DNA of 64,000 bases from the NCBI RefSeq assembly GCF_902489635.1, contig NZ_CABUAN010000006.1, forward strand, positions 16,682 through 80,681, in the 5' to 3' direction. Within the stretch, counting starts at the first letter, position 1. Each line of letters begins with the position of its first letter. The position numbers and the translations under genes were made by a program. This document shows, piece by piece, positions 9,396 through 20,098 of this stretch. The notes below the pieces were generated by a model that was given only the letters and a program-made list of their open reading frames with translations, did no database searches and had not been told where the DNA came from. The DNA comes from an uncultured Porphyromonas sp. (GTDB taxonomy: Bacteria > Bacteroidota > Bacteroidia > Bacteroidales > Porphyromonadaceae).

Positions 9396-9403
9396 TACCT
9401 TTG
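9396..9403 (+). promoter_or_regulatory. -7 promoter box (TACCTTTG) for tRNA-Pro
   Basis: TAnnTTTG about 45 nt upstream of the tRNA. Confidence 0.65.
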
Positions 9404-9447
9404 CAGTCACAAGTAGGGACTAGTCGCCGCGGGGCGGTAGTCTCTCT

Positions 9448-9520
9448 CGGGATGTAGCACAGTTGGTAGCGCGCCACGTTCGGGACGTGGAGGTCGGAAG
9501 TTCGAGTCTTCTCATCCCGA
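9448..9520 (+). tRNA. tRNA-Pro, anticodon CGG
   Basis: Acceptor stem cgggatg/catcccg, anticodon arm ccacg-ttCGGga-cgtgg, T loop gttcgag; CCA not encoded. Confidence 0.95.
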
Positions 9521-9523
9521 CTC

Positions 9524-9561
9524 AAGGTGATCGTCGAAGTAGTTCGGCTGTCACCTTTTTT
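9524..9561 (+). terminator. Intrinsic terminator after the tRNA
   Basis: aaggtga..tcacctt stem followed by a T run. Confidence 0.7.
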
Positions 9562-9606
9562 CTTTGCCCTCCCGTCACAGCTCAGCGAGGAGGGGGCTTC
9601 GTCGGG

Positions 9607-10356
9607 TCAGAGGGTTGGGAAGGTGAGCTCCCGCCCTAGGAGATGTATCTGAGCGGCTCGCAGCGGAGCATAGTCGATCAGTGGCTCGGTATGATGGCGC
9701 ATCGCGTCGCGACAGTTCATAAGTATCTTGCCGAGGAGGTTCTGCCCACGCCACTCGCCGATGGTAGACCATGGCCCCAGTCTCATCTTGTCCTGCTTCC
9801 GCTTGATGGAAGCTTTGTTCATCCCCTGCGCTGTCAGCTCGCGCTTCATCGCTGTAAGGCGCTTTCTCAGCTCAGCATTGCGCATGCCCCACTTGGTGGC
9901 GGTGGCACTGGTTGCGTAGGTGCTGTCCTCGAGGAGCATCGCCTCTGGCGGGAAGGCGAGGAGCAACTTGCGAAAAGCTTCGCTTGTCAAGCACTTCTGC
10001 CAGACCAGGTAATGCATCCATGGGACATTGAATGAGAGCCAGTCCTCTCGTCGCTCCTGCTCATGCGCCTTGCGGATCTTTTTCTTCGCCTCCCAGCCAT
10101 CATCACATGCGACGAGCTGACGCACGATGGCGGTATGCTCGGGGGTATCTAGCGAAAACATGCCAGCGATGTAGGCGCACTCGCTATTGTGAAAGTGCAC
10201 CCCCTGCAGGTCAAAGCCAAAGCCCGCGACCATGTTGCCCAGAGCCAACGACAAGCCACGACGCACGTCACCGCCACGGCGGAAAGCGTAACAGTCGAGC
10301 GTGGAGGCATCGTAGACCTCTTGAGGGGTCAGGGCGGTGAGTGGTTGATCCAGCAT
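9607..10356 (-). CDS. NADAR (YbiA/DUF1768-like) family protein
   Basis: LGNM..F.LQGVHFHNSECAY, W..(M)..QK....FRKLLL, LEDS..WG, GQNLLGKILM.CRD motifs; TAGCTTTG box at 10388-10395. Confidence 0.8.
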   Translation of the reverse strand: MLDQPLTALTPQEVYDASTLDCYAFRRGGDVRRGLSLALGNMVAGFGFDLQGVHFHNSECAYIAGMFSLDTPEHTAIVRQLVACDDGWEAKKKIRKAHEQERREDWLSFNVPWMHYLVWQKCLTSEAFRKLLLAFPPEAMLLEDSTYATSATATKWGMRNAELRKRLTAMKRELTAQGMNKASIKRKQDKMRLGPWSTIGEWRGQNLLGKILMNCRDAMRHHTEPLIDYAPLRAAQIHLLGRELTFPTL

Positions 10357-10513
10357 AAGACGTCTTCGTTGATAATCTTTTCAAAGGCAAAGCTACCAAT
10401 ATTTCCCTCAAGGATCGACTTCTTTTTTGTGTCAGTCTTCTTTTTTGCTACCTTTGTGTTACTTCTGAGTTTGGCGTCCGAGGGACGTGTCCCCCCTTCG
10501 CCAAGTAATAAAC

Positions 10514-11539
10514 ATGTCACTCATGACTACTGAAAGACCTTTACGCTATCCCGATCCACGCAAGTCTGCGCGCTTTCTAAAGGATGTCCTCCTCATCTTC
10601 GCCGGTGTAGTCATCTACACGTTTGGCTGGACAGCCTTCATCCTCTCACAAGACATCACCTCGGGAGGACTGGCGGGACTGACTACGATCATTCAGCTGG
10701 CGACGAATATCCCAGCCAGCATACCTTACAACATCATCAATGTCGGCTTGCTACTCCTCTCGATATGGATCTTGGGGTGGCGCTTCTCGATGAAGACGAT
10801 CATAGCCGTCCTAATGCTTACCGTCACGATCCCAGTGGGACAAGCACTCTTTACCCCCATGGTGGGACAAGGACTAGAGGTGTATCACAACCTGCCCACC
10901 TGGCTGACCAGTACACTCCCTAACTTCGGACCGCTCTTGGCTCCCGACGAGCCATTTGTCGCTCTGATCGTTGGTGCTGGGCTCTGTGGTGCTGGACTGG
11001 GTATTGTCTTCTCTGCCAATGGTAGCACCGGTGGTACCGACATTATCGTGGCTATCATCAATAAGTACAGCACGCTCTCTCTGGGACGTGCCATGATCTT
11101 TATGGATGCGATCATCGTCACGACGGGTGCAGTCGTGAGCCACTTCTTCGGGCCTCAGTACAGCTGGGGTACGGCTCTAGGCAAGCTCGCCTTCTCCTTC
11201 ATCGAGATCACGATCGTAGGGCAGATGCTGGACTACATCATGGAGGCCAACAAGCAGTCTGTGCAGCTACTCATCGTCAGTACCAAGTACGAGCAGCTCA
11301 GCGAGGCTATCACACGTCGCCTAGGGCATGGATGCACCATACTCCACGGCGAGGGTGGCTATAGTCACCAACAGATGCACGTAGTGCTAGTGACCATCCG
11401 CAAGAATCTACGTGGAGGTCTCTACCAAGTGATCAACTCGGTAGACCCCAACGCCTTTATCTCTGAGTCTACGGTGCATGGCGTATATGGACAGGGCTTT
11501 GATTCGATCGAGCGGGTGGCTGGACGAAAGAAGAAGTAA
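10514..11539 (+). CDS. YitT family membrane protein (DUF161/DUF2179)
   Basis: SGGLAGL, GSTGGTDII, GEGGYS and DPNAFI motifs; TACCTTTG box at 10449. Confidence 0.9.
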   Translation: MSLMTTERPLRYPDPRKSARFLKDVLLIFAGVVIYTFGWTAFILSQDITSGGLAGLTTIIQLATNIPASIPYNIINVGLLLLSIWILGWRFSMKTIIAVLMLTVTIPVGQALFTPMVGQGLEVYHNLPTWLTSTLPNFGPLLAPDEPFVALIVGAGLCGAGLGIVFSANGSTGGTDIIVAIINKYSTLSLGRAMIFMDAIIVTTGAVVSHFFGPQYSWGTALGKLAFSFIEITIVGQMLDYIMEANKQSVQLLIVSTKYEQLSEAITRRLGHGCTILHGEGGYSHQQMHVVLVTIRKNLRGGLYQVINSVDPNAFISESTVHGVYGQGFDSIERVAGRKKK

Positions 11540-11580
11540 TCTTCCCCCCCTCTCCTCCTCTCCCTTTTTGAAATTATTTG

Positions 11581-12885
11581 ATGGAATACAAACCAGACCT
11601 ACTAGATAAGATAGACTGTCCGCGATGCAAAGGCGTAGGGTCACGCTGTTGCAAGCTATCGACCTTTGACTGGCTAGCTGATCTGCCTGATGGCGTACAG
11701 CAGCAGGAGATCGTCGAGGTACAGTTCAAGAATACGCGCAAGAACTACTACCGCAACGTGGATCACCTAGACCTCAAGCGAGGTGACTATGTGGTCGTCG
11801 AGGCTGACAGCGGAGGCTACGATGTCGGCATGGTAGCTCTCACGGGGACGCTCGTCTCTACTAAGATACGGGCCAACCATGACGAGCAGTATGTGGACAA
11901 TGCAAAGGCGATCTACCGCAAAGCTCGTCCTGCCGATATGGATCACTATCGCGCGGCTAAGCTACGCGAGCACCCGACGATGATCGAGTCGCGCGAGATA
12001 GCCACTTCGCTAGGACTAGACATGAAGATCGGTGATGTGGAGTATCAGGCAGACGGGACGCGCGCCATATTCTACTACATAGCGGATCAGCGAGTAGACT
12101 TTCGCAAGCTGATACGGCTCCTGGCGGACGCCTTCCACATACGTGTGGAGATGCGCCAGATAGGGGCTAGACAGGAGGCGGGACGTATCGGAGGTATCGG
12201 TCCTTGTGGACGAGCCCTCTGCTGCGCTACCTGGCTCTCACGCTTTAACTCCGTCAGTACGGCTGCGGCACGCTTTCAGAACTTAGCCCAAAACTCGCTC
12301 AAGCTCACCGGTCAGTGCGGCAAGCTCAAGTGCTGTACCAACTACGAGGTGGATGTCTATATGGAAGCAAAGAAAGCCTTCCCCTCAAGTCGCACACCCC
12401 TAGAGACGGAGAGCGGCACCTACTACTTTAATAAGTGCGACCTCCTAGCGGGCGAGATCACTTATAGCTTGGCACCTAAGAGTCTCGAAGAGCCTGAGAC
12501 CATATCCGTAGAGCGGGCTAAGGAGATCATAGAGATGAACCAGCGTGGCGAGACACCTGAGACGCTCTCTGATCAACAGGAGGCTCCGAAGAAGCCTAAG
12601 GACATACTCTTTGACAATGCGATCAACCGCTTTGACCAGCCGAAGAAGCGTAAGCGTCGCAAGACAAATCGGAGGAGGGATCGTAGCAACGCCGATGCGC
12701 CCAGAGCGCAAAGCAACATCCCTACGACTGGCAATGGCGAGGAGCCGACCAACGCAGTCGAAGAGGGGCCAGAGAGAGCCGACTCACGCGAGGAAGGCTC
12801 CACGCAGCCCAGTCGCAAGCCGAGACGTAAGCCTCAGGCGGGTGGTCGTCGTCGCCGTCCACGCACGAAGCCTCAGGAGGAGTAA
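11581..12885 (+). CDS. ricT: PSP1 domain protein / RicT (YaaT) family
   Basis: RVDFRKLI..RVEMRQIGARQEA..GGIGPCGRALCC..GQCGKLKCC; long basic C-terminal tail. Confidence 0.9.
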   Translation: MEYKPDLLDKIDCPRCKGVGSRCCKLSTFDWLADLPDGVQQQEIVEVQFKNTRKNYYRNVDHLDLKRGDYVVVEADSGGYDVGMVALTGTLVSTKIRANHDEQYVDNAKAIYRKARPADMDHYRAAKLREHPTMIESREIATSLGLDMKIGDVEYQADGTRAIFYYIADQRVDFRKLIRLLADAFHIRVEMRQIGARQEAGRIGGIGPCGRALCCATWLSRFNSVSTAAARFQNLAQNSLKLTGQCGKLKCCTNYEVDVYMEAKKAFPSSRTPLETESGTYYFNKCDLLAGEITYSLAPKSLEEPETISVERAKEIIEMNQRGETPETLSDQQEAPKKPKDILFDNAINRFDQPKKRKRRKTNRRRDRSNADAPRAQSNIPTTGNGEEPTNAVEEGPERADSREEGSTQPSRKPRRKPQAGGRRRRPRTKPQEE

Positions 12886-12912
12886 TCCACCACGACTAGA
12901 TCTGTTGTAGCT

Positions 12913-13401
12913 ATGAGCAGAGCCTGCAAAGGGTGCATCCTAGGGGGGCTAGTTTTGCTAGCCGTCCTGACGCTTGGCTCTTGCCACTATGCAGCTTATC
13001 AGGAGCAGATGCAGACTGCGGAGCTACCACAAGCTGTCTGGACTGCAGAGCATCGAGTCACCTTCGACAGCTTCGTCGAGCAGTCGCGGACGCCCCACAC
13101 GCTCTACCTCTACGTGCGGTACAACAGCCGCTACGCATACACCGCTCTACCGCTCACCATCGAGCTTCGCTCCACTCTAGGGTGGCGTGCTACGACCTCC
13201 GTGACACTACCCCTCGCCGAGGAGCCAGGCGTATGGACTGGTGAGGGCTATGCGCTACGTCAGCAACTCTATAAGGTCAACACCTCACTGACCCCTCCTC
13301 ACCCAGGACTCTACACCATCGAGCTAAGGCAAGCGGCGGGGCAGGCAACGCTAGCGGGCATCGAGACGATCGGCGTCGCTTGGATCGCTGCAGGGCAATA
13401 G
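12913..13401 (+). CDS. gldH: GldH-like lipoprotein
   Basis: LGSC lipobox; LYVRYNSRYAYTAL, G.WTG.G, GLYTIELRQ, L.GIETIGV; follows ricT as is usual in Bacteroidetes. Confidence 0.75.
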   Translation: MSRACKGCILGGLVLLAVLTLGSCHYAAYQEQMQTAELPQAVWTAEHRVTFDSFVEQSRTPHTLYLYVRYNSRYAYTALPLTIELRSTLGWRATTSVTLPLAEEPGVWTGEGYALRQQLYKVNTSLTPPHPGLYTIELRQAAGQATLAGIETIGVAWIAAGQ

Positions 13402-13482
13402 CTTCGCACAAATACAAATAGAGCAGTCCCGCAGGGAGCACTACATCGCTGTAGACTCCTTGCGGGACTGATCCGTTTTATC
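13399..13482 (+). repeat. 84-bp hairpin repeat, probable terminator between convergent genes
   Basis: cagtcccgcagggag...ctccttgcgggactg stem; second copy at 4657-4740. Confidence 0.8.
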
Positions 13483-13493
13483 AGATACGTCTT

Positions 13494-15092
13494 CTAGCGG
13501 ACGAATCGTATGGTGCTAACGCCACGCTCCGTGACAACCTGGCCGATGTAGAGGCCCTGTGCTAGGTCTGTCAGGGAGAGCCTTGAGACAGCTGCCAGCG
13601 TGTAGCTGTCTAGCAGTCTACCGGCCGTGTCATACAGGTAGAGCGTACCCGTAGCAGGCTCTGAGAAGAGGAGTGCATCGCCCTGCCAGAGGATGGAGAG
13701 TCCATTAGGCTGCAACTCTACAGGATCAACCCCTAGAGGAATAGCCAGCGGGCTCTTGTCGAAGCGGAGGTATGCGTTACGACGATAGGTAGTTCTATCC
13801 ATATTGACAGCGCAGGAGGTCATCGTCTTACCGTCTCCAGAGAAGTGTACTACACCTATGTCCGTCTTCTCCACAGGCTCTGCATCATCTGAAGGCTTAT
13901 AGCTGTAGGTGAAGAACTCCGATAGGTCTCTGCCCGTCTGTTCCTTAATATAGTCTAGTAGAGGGTACTTCTTGCCATCTGGATAGATGACGTGCGAAGC
14001 GAGTCCTCGCGTTATCTCGGAGCCATCAGGAGTGCAGAGCCAACCACCATCCTGAGTCCGTCCTAAGCCTCCCATACCATAAGCCTCCGGGATGCTGAGA
14101 TACTCGACAGTACCCGTGTTAACATTGAGCGCACCAGGATAGGAGACCGTAGTCATATCGTCGCCTTCGCCTTGTATCTCTTGGATGGATATCATCCAGT
14201 ACCCACTAGCAGTGGCCATCTCCTGCCAAGTTAAATCTGTATAGTGACCCGAGAGGACAGCATCGCGCTTTTTCGTCCATTCGTCATAGGCTTTATTGTA
14301 CGCATCCCTCTGTTGTTCCCATAGTTCGGTCTCAGTGTCATAATCGGCCGTTACATAGTCACTCCACTTAGGCATCGGACCAGGCAGGGGCACATCTAGA
14401 TTGTAGAGGAAAGAGTCACAAGGCGTAGAGCAGGTGTAGGTTCCATCGCTACCCATCTCCCAGAAGAGAGGTCTGTCGTCACCCGAATAGGTGTTTTGTC
14501 GACCTAGGATCTTCTTGCCGTCAGGCGAGCAGAAGAAAGCCTGCGTATAGTTTGGCTTATCTCCGAAATAGTCTGTCTTGAGCGTGGGTAGCAAATGGAG
14601 AGTCCAAGAGCCGTCCTCAGCACGTGTGCCATACATCGGCATGGTCATGCTCTCCTGAGAATAGGTCGGATCCATGAGAAATCCGACGAGATGCTGTCCG
14701 TCAGAGCTCAGGTAGGCAGGAACCACTTGTGGCCAAGCCTCTTCAGGAGACTCCAACGCATGAAGGGTCTTTTGCTCCATATTGCACACGACGACGCCCT
14801 CTTCGCTTTTGGCCATGTAGAGCAGGCCATCGTCTGTAATAGCGTAGATACGGCTTGATGCGGGAAAGGTCAAGGTCTTATCTTGCTGCGTGTCGTAGCA
14901 AAAAGCCTCGCCACTCGGATTGCCACCATAAATGTATCGTCCATTAGGACTCATACCGTAGATGGAGTAGTTACATGCCTCAGCCGGTAGTGCCTTCGGC
15001 TCTTGCGCGATCTTACATCCTGTCTGCTGAGCAGTCAGTGCGTAGCTCAGAGCAAGGAGTAGGAGTAATGAAGATAGTAGTTTTCTTGTCAT
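13494..15092 (-). CDS. Secreted beta-propeller-like protein with probable T9SS C-terminal domain
   Basis: Signal peptide; repeated SPNGRY/SSDGQH/SPDGKK/SGDGKT turns; C-terminal LYDTAGRLL..LAQGLYI..TIRFVR. Confidence 0.75.
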   Translation of the reverse strand: MTRKLLSSLLLLLALSYALTAQQTGCKIAQEPKALPAEACNYSIYGMSPNGRYIYGGNPSGEAFCYDTQQDKTLTFPASSRIYAITDDGLLYMAKSEEGVVVCNMEQKTLHALESPEEAWPQVVPAYLSSDGQHLVGFLMDPTYSQESMTMPMYGTRAEDGSWTLHLLPTLKTDYFGDKPNYTQAFFCSPDGKKILGRQNTYSGDDRPLFWEMGSDGTYTCSTPCDSFLYNLDVPLPGPMPKWSDYVTADYDTETELWEQQRDAYNKAYDEWTKKRDAVLSGHYTDLTWQEMATASGYWMISIQEIQGEGDDMTTVSYPGALNVNTGTVEYLSIPEAYGMGGLGRTQDGGWLCTPDGSEITRGLASHVIYPDGKKYPLLDYIKEQTGRDLSEFFTYSYKPSDDAEPVEKTDIGVVHFSGDGKTMTSCAVNMDRTTYRRNAYLRFDKSPLAIPLGVDPVELQPNGLSILWQGDALLFSEPATGTLYLYDTAGRLLDSYTLAAVSRLSLTDLAQGLYIGQVVTERGVSTIRFVR

Positions 15093-15160
15093 ATCGTTTG
15101 AAACATTTAAGGGTTATAGTTGCCACAAAGCTAACATTCTTTTTCGAGAAAAGCAAGCCC

Positions 15161-15318
15161 CCACGTGGGAGTTTTCCAATATCCAGGTGGAAAATGAAAA
15201 ATTCTTCGGAGGAATGAAATGAAACTTCGGAAGAACCAAATGAAACTTCGGAGGAATCAAATGAAACTTCGGAAGAATTTTTTCTTTCCCACGTGGGGAT
15301 TTGAAAATTTCCACGTGG
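15161..15318 (-). repeat. CCACGTGG/21-bp dispersed repeat element, copy 2 (core only)
   Basis: Octamers at 15161, 15183, 15289, 15311; four 21-bp-spaced cttcgga units at 15204, 15225, 15246, 15267. Confidence 0.9.
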
Positions 15319-15448
15319 CTATCGTGCTGAAGGGGGTAATCGTAAGACATCCTCTCTGAATTGGTCGGATTATCGGTCGGACGTAACCCTCGCTATATAG
15401 CTAGAAATAGTTACCTTTGCCCTATCCTAGTGTAAAATATAGTACGGC

Positions 15449-16429
15449 ATGAAACGAATCTCTTGGACTCTCGGCATCCTGCTCACGCTCGCCCTCCTCA
15501 TTGCGACAGGTTGTAGTGGCGAAGACCCTATCAAGGCTAAGCGTATCGCTATCGAAAACGGCACCTACAAGCCAAAGCCCAAACCTGAGCCAGAGCCTAA
15601 CCCGAATCCGAATCCTAATCCTAACCCCGATCCTAATCCTAATCCCGATCCTAATCCTGACGATAAGATCGAGCTGCAGGATGTTACCTTCACCTTTGAC
15701 GAGTGGGTCAAGCCAGAGGGCTCTTACCAGCTACCCGTAGAGAAGAGCCTCTCGAAGCTACTCGCGGGCGACCCCTACTGGATTTCTGCAAGCAATGTGG
15801 GTGCTGTCAAGGCTCTCTTAAGCAATTACCCCGTACTGCCCCTCTCTAAAGGACGGACAGGACAGGCTCTAGAGTTGACAACCATCAAGGCACGTCCCAT
15901 GTTTGGTAAGGGCATCATCGCCGGAGCTCTCTACTGCGGATCACTGGATGAGGATATTATGACCTCCAAGCCTCTAGAATCTACGAAGTTTGGTCAGCCC
16001 GTCTTTGCCATACCTATCTCTATCAAAGGTTACTATCAGTGGCTCCCAGGCAAAGAGCTTGTCGATGGGACGAAGAGAAACAGTGTAATCAAAGGACAGG
16101 ACGAGGCTACGATCGCCTGCGTCTTTTACGACATCACGCAAGACGATAGCTACCTCAATGGTAAGACGCTCTACACCGATCCACGTATCCTAGCAAAGGT
16201 GCAGCTACACCCCCAGCCTACTCAGGAGGGTGCATGGACACCTTTTGAGGGCAAGCTGGAGATCGTCAATGAGGCGGCTTACAAGCAGATAGACCTTCAG
16301 AAGGGCAAGTACCGCATGGCACTTATCTTCTCGTCTAGTGCTCGTGGCGACCAGTTCATCGGAGCTATCGGCAGTCGCCTGCGCATTGACGACTTTACAG
16401 TGACACTAGGCATACCCACCAAGAAGTAA
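15449..16429 (+). CDS. PCMD (putative carbohydrate metabolism domain) lipoprotein
   Basis: ATGC lipobox, Pro-Asn/Pro-Asp linker, W.SASN, GALYCG, FGQP..P..IKGYY, FSSSARGDQFIGAIGS.L.IDD; TACCTTTG box at 15412. Confidence 0.85.
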   Translation: MKRISWTLGILLTLALLIATGCSGEDPIKAKRIAIENGTYKPKPKPEPEPNPNPNPNPNPDPNPNPDPNPDDKIELQDVTFTFDEWVKPEGSYQLPVEKSLSKLLAGDPYWISASNVGAVKALLSNYPVLPLSKGRTGQALELTTIKARPMFGKGIIAGALYCGSLDEDIMTSKPLESTKFGQPVFAIPISIKGYYQWLPGKELVDGTKRNSVIKGQDEATIACVFYDITQDDSYLNGKTLYTDPRILAKVQLHPQPTQEGAWTPFEGKLEIVNEAAYKQIDLQKGKYRMALIFSSSARGDQFIGAIGSRLRIDDFTVTLGIPTKK

Positions 16430-16441
16430 TCCGCTACAGAT

Positions 16442-17200
16442 ATGACTACACGGCAACTACACACAGGGATAGTTACCCTCCTGCTGGCACTCCTTACGAC
16501 ACCGCTCTTGAGAGCACAAGCTCCTGATGGCGGCAAGGATGACCTAGAGTTTGGTATCAAGGCTGGTCTCAATGTAGGAGCTACCACCCCCCTACCCAAG
16601 CCGAAGGCGATCGACAAGATCTACACCTGGAATCCCCACATGAACATCGCCCTCAAGGGATGGCTCTCCTACCACCTCCCCGACACCAAAGGGTGGCACC
16701 TAGACACAGGTCTAGAGATGGAGCGCAAGGGAATGTACGTCTGCACACACGCCACCGATATGCGTATCAACATTGGGGACGGACAGGAAGCTGCGTGGGG
16801 ACTCTTTACGGGCAATAACAGCACCGAGTTCATCAACTACTACCTCACGCTCCCGATGCTGGTCGCCTACCATACGAACAACGATAAGTTTCGTGTGCAG
16901 GTAGGCTTCTACCTCTCCTACCTGATGCAGCAGAGCTTTAAGGTGACTCTGGATGGAGACGGCACGCTCAATGGTGATCCCATCTCTCCGGACCACCTCG
17001 TCGACTACGACCTGTCAGATCACTTTAACAAGCTAGACATGGGCGTCAGAGTAGGCTTCGACTACTTCTTCCATCAGCGCCTCGGCGTGACTGCACAACT
17101 CAACATGAGCTTCGAGCCAGCCCTCAACAGGAGCTTTACGATGATGCCCTTCCCGCTCTACAACATCTACGCCTTTGCGGGCTTCGCTTACCGCATCTAA
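16442..17200 (+). CDS. Outer-membrane beta-barrel (porin/PorT-like family) protein
   Basis: FGIKAGLNVG, YLTLPML, FNKLDMGVRVG, C-terminal GFAYRI. Confidence 0.8.
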   Translation: MTTRQLHTGIVTLLLALLTTPLLRAQAPDGGKDDLEFGIKAGLNVGATTPLPKPKAIDKIYTWNPHMNIALKGWLSYHLPDTKGWHLDTGLEMERKGMYVCTHATDMRINIGDGQEAAWGLFTGNNSTEFINYYLTLPMLVAYHTNNDKFRVQVGFYLSYLMQQSFKVTLDGDGTLNGDPISPDHLVDYDLSDHFNKLDMGVRVGFDYFFHQRLGVTAQLNMSFEPALNRSFTMMPFPLYNIYAFAGFAYRI

Positions 17201-17360
17201 GTAGAGCTGAGAGAGCGAGCTCTGTTATCCCAGACAGCGCAGAGAGCTGATACATGATACCTGAAGAGAGTTTTTTACTACCTTTGTAGTGCTGTGGCAG
17301 GGGGGCATCTAGTCGCGCTCCCTACCCTGCGCATGACCACTCACAGATACCCTTCACGCT

Positions 17361-18116
17361 ATGCACGCTAGCCTTGTCATCATACCCACCTACAACGAGC
17401 GCGAGAATGTCGCCGAGATGATTCGAGCCGTCTTGGCACTGCCCGAAGCCTTCGACCTGCTGATCCTGGATGACAATTCGCCTGACGGAACCGCTGAGAT
17501 CGTGCGTACGCTACAGCAGGAGCCGGGCTACACAGACCGCCTGCACCTCATCGTGCGACCCGGCAAGATGGGACTAGGCACAGCTTATCTCACAGGCTTC
17601 GAGTGGGCACTGGAGCACGGGTACGACTACATCTTCGAGATGGACTGCGACTTTAGCCATCCGCTCTCGGCACTGCCGCACCTCCTACGCGCCGTCTCGG
17701 AGGAGGGCTACGATGTAGCGGTGGGCTCTCGATACGTGCGGGGTGGCGGGGTCAAGGATTGGCCTCTCGGACGCATCCTTATGAGCTATCTCGCATCGGT
17801 CTACGTGCGCATCATCACCTGGCTACCAGTACGAGACACGACGGCTGGCTTCGTCTGCTACAGGCGTGAGGTGCTAGAGACGATGAGACTAGACGAGGTG
17901 CACTTCAAGGGCTACGCCTTCCAGATCGAGATGAAGTACACGGCGCACTGTCTGGGCTTCAAGATCAAGGAGGTACCCATCACCTTTGTCAATCGTAAGC
18001 TCGGGAGCTCGAAGATGAATGGCTCGATCTTTGGCGAAGCCTTCACGGGAGTCCTCAAGCTACGCTACTGGCAGCTCTTCAAGGGCTTCCCCAAGCGTCG
18101 TAATCCAGCTAAGTAA
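17361..18116 (+). CDS. Polyprenol monophosphomannose synthase (GT2, DPM1-like)
   Basis: [48 protein letters not shown] box at 17279. Confidence 0.92.
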   Translation: MHASLVIIPTYNERENVAEMIRAVLALPEAFDLLILDDNSPDGTAEIVRTLQQEPGYTDRLHLIVRPGKMGLGTAYLTGFEWALEHGYDYIFEMDCDFSHPLSALPHLLRAVSEEGYDVAVGSRYVRGGGVKDWPLGRILMSYLASVYVRIITWLPVRDTTAGFVCYRREVLETMRLDEVHFKGYAFQIEMKYTAHCLGFKIKEVPITFVNRKLGSSKMNGSIFGEAFTGVLKLRYWQLFKGFPKRRNPAK

Positions 18117-18117
18117 T

Positions 18118-19473
18118 ATGCGACAGATCATACTCGGAGCGACCATTATCAATGAAGGTCGGCAGGTCGTCGGCTCCGTATGCCTCTCCGACGAGCGAAT
18201 TGAGTCTATATATATAGGTGTCGACAAAGTGTCTGACCTCCCCGACGAACTACTCCAAGGAGCGGAGATCGTGGAGGCGCACGGACTCTGGCTACTCCCT
18301 GGCTGCATCGACGATCAGGTACACTTTAGAGAGCCTGGGCTAACCAACAAGGGAGACATAGCGCACGAGAGCCGTGCGGCCGTGGCAGGCGGGGTCACCT
18401 CCTATATGGACATGCCGAATGTGAAGCCCCCGACGGTCACCCTCGAGGCGCTCCTCGACAAGCGTCAGCGCGCTCAGGAAACAAGCTGGGCAAACTACGC
18501 TTTCTACTTCGGCGGGACTAATGACAACGCTCCCGAGGCGTGTGCCATAGACCCGGCCTTGATACCTGGGTACAAGCTCTTCCTAGGAGCCTCCACGGGC
18601 AATATGCTGGTGGACAGCGAGGAGGCACTCGACTACTTCTTCGCCCATGCGCCCAAGCTCATCGCCACGCACTGCGAGAGCGAGGAAATCATCACACGCA
18701 ATAAGGAGATCTACCGTCAGCGATACGACGGGCACCCACCCATCGAGACACATCCACTGATACGCTCCCGCGAGGCGTGCTATGCCTCTTCACACAGTGC
18801 CATAGAGCGTGCCAAGCGTCTCGGTGCTAGACTACACGTACTCCACCTATCGACAGCGGAGGAGATGAGTCTCTTCTCGGCAGCCCCTCTTTCGCCAGAG
18901 AAGCGCATCACCGCCGAGGTATGCGTCCACCACTTATGGTTTACCGACGAAGACTACAGCCGCCTAGGCAACCGCATCAAGTGGAATCCCGCCGTCAAGA
19001 CGGCTCGCGATCGTGAAGCTCTGCGCCAAGCACTCGTCGAGGGTCGCATCGATGTGATCGCCACCGACCACGCGCCTCACACGCTAGCCGACAAGGAGGG
19101 CGATGCGCTCACGGCAGCCTCTGGAGGTCCGCTCGTACAGCACAGCCTCCTGATGATGCTGGAGCTGGCTCACGAGGGGCTTTGGTCGCCTGAACTAGTG
19201 GTTGAGAAGATGGCACACGCTCCCGCACAGCTCTTTGGAGTTCGTGAGCGAGGCTACATACGCCCAGGCTACTACGCTGACTTAGTCCTCGTAGATCCTC
19301 ATCAGGAGACCACAGTAACTAAGGAGAGCCTCTACAGCAAGTGCGGCTGGTCACCCCTAGAGGGCTACACCTTCTCGCATCGCATCGTAGCTACTTGGGT
19401 CAATGGACAGATCGCTTACCGTGACGGACAACTGACCAGTCGTCCGCCGGTCCATGCGCTCACCTTCGCCTGA
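18118..19473 (+). CDS. pyrC: Dihydroorotase
   Basis: [46 protein letters not shown] 18118 directly after the GT2 stop. Confidence 0.9.
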   Translation: MRQIILGATIINEGRQVVGSVCLSDERIESIYIGVDKVSDLPDELLQGAEIVEAHGLWLLPGCIDDQVHFREPGLTNKGDIAHESRAAVAGGVTSYMDMPNVKPPTVTLEALLDKRQRAQETSWANYAFYFGGTNDNAPEACAIDPALIPGYKLFLGASTGNMLVDSEEALDYFFAHAPKLIATHCESEEIITRNKEIYRQRYDGHPPIETHPLIRSREACYASSHSAIERAKRLGARLHVLHLSTAEEMSLFSAAPLSPEKRITAEVCVHHLWFTDEDYSRLGNRIKWNPAVKTARDREALRQALVEGRIDVIATDHAPHTLADKEGDALTAASGGPLVQHSLLMMLELAHEGLWSPELVVEKMAHAPAQLFGVRERGYIRPGYYADLVLVDPHQETTVTKESLYSKCGWSPLEGYTFSHRIVATWVNGQIAYRDGQLTSRPPVHALTFA

Positions 19474-19648
19474 TCTAGCTCTTTCTAGAGAGCAAATCGA
19501 CATTTGGGTGTCCGACCCTTTCGCCACGTGAGCGATTATTCTTATATTTGCAGTCGGGTGATGATCTTTAGAGAGATTATCACCGTTTGGAGGGCGCAGT
19601 CCCTTTATCCTTTGAGTAGATACACAAATCAATAAAACAATATAGCGT

Positions 19649-20065
19649 ATGAATCTGTCACACATCGAGCATCTTGGGATAGCAGTCAAGAGCATAGAGG
19701 AGGCACTACCCTTCTTCGAGGGAGTCCTCGGACTAACCTGCTACAACATTGAGGAGGTCGCCGACCAGAAGGTGCGTACCGCATTCCTCAAGATAGGCGA
19801 AGTCAAGCTAGAGCTCCTAGAGCCTACGAGCGATGAGAGCCCTATAGCCAAGTTTATCGAGAAGCGTGGCGAGGGTATCCACCACCTAGCACTATCATCA
19901 GACGATGTAGCACCAGCTCTCGAGGAGCTCAAGGGCAAAGGCATACGTCTCATCGACGAAAAGCCTCGCAAAGGTGCCGAGGGGCTCAACATCGCCTTCG
20001 TACACCCCAAGAGTGCACACGGCATACTCCTAGAGATCTGCGACTGCAAGGATGTCGCTAAGTAA
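19649..20065 (+). CDS. mce: Methylmalonyl-CoA epimerase
   Basis: [51 protein letters not shown] box at 19543. Confidence 0.95.
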   Translation: MNLSHIEHLGIAVKSIEEALPFFEGVLGLTCYNIEEVADQKVRTAFLKIGEVKLELLEPTSDESPIAKFIEKRGEGIHHLALSSDDVAPALEELKGKGIRLIDEKPRKGAEGLNIAFVHPKSAHGILLEICDCKDVAK

Positions 20066-20098
20066 TATCGTCCAATCAAACAAACGCTACATAGAATA

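Noticed and set aside
9448..9520. tRNA-Pro as an integration site for an island
   Set aside because: I saw no integrase and no duplicated tRNA 3' end in the window.
15161..15318. Possible CRISPR array
   Set aside because: Units are tandem with 21-22-bp periods and no unique spacers of CRISPR length; no cas genes in the window.
15570..15662. Hexamer-like repeats as a phase-variation tract
   Set aside because: In-frame, synonymously varied codons for a Pro-Lys/Asn/Asp linker; length changes would not shift the frame.
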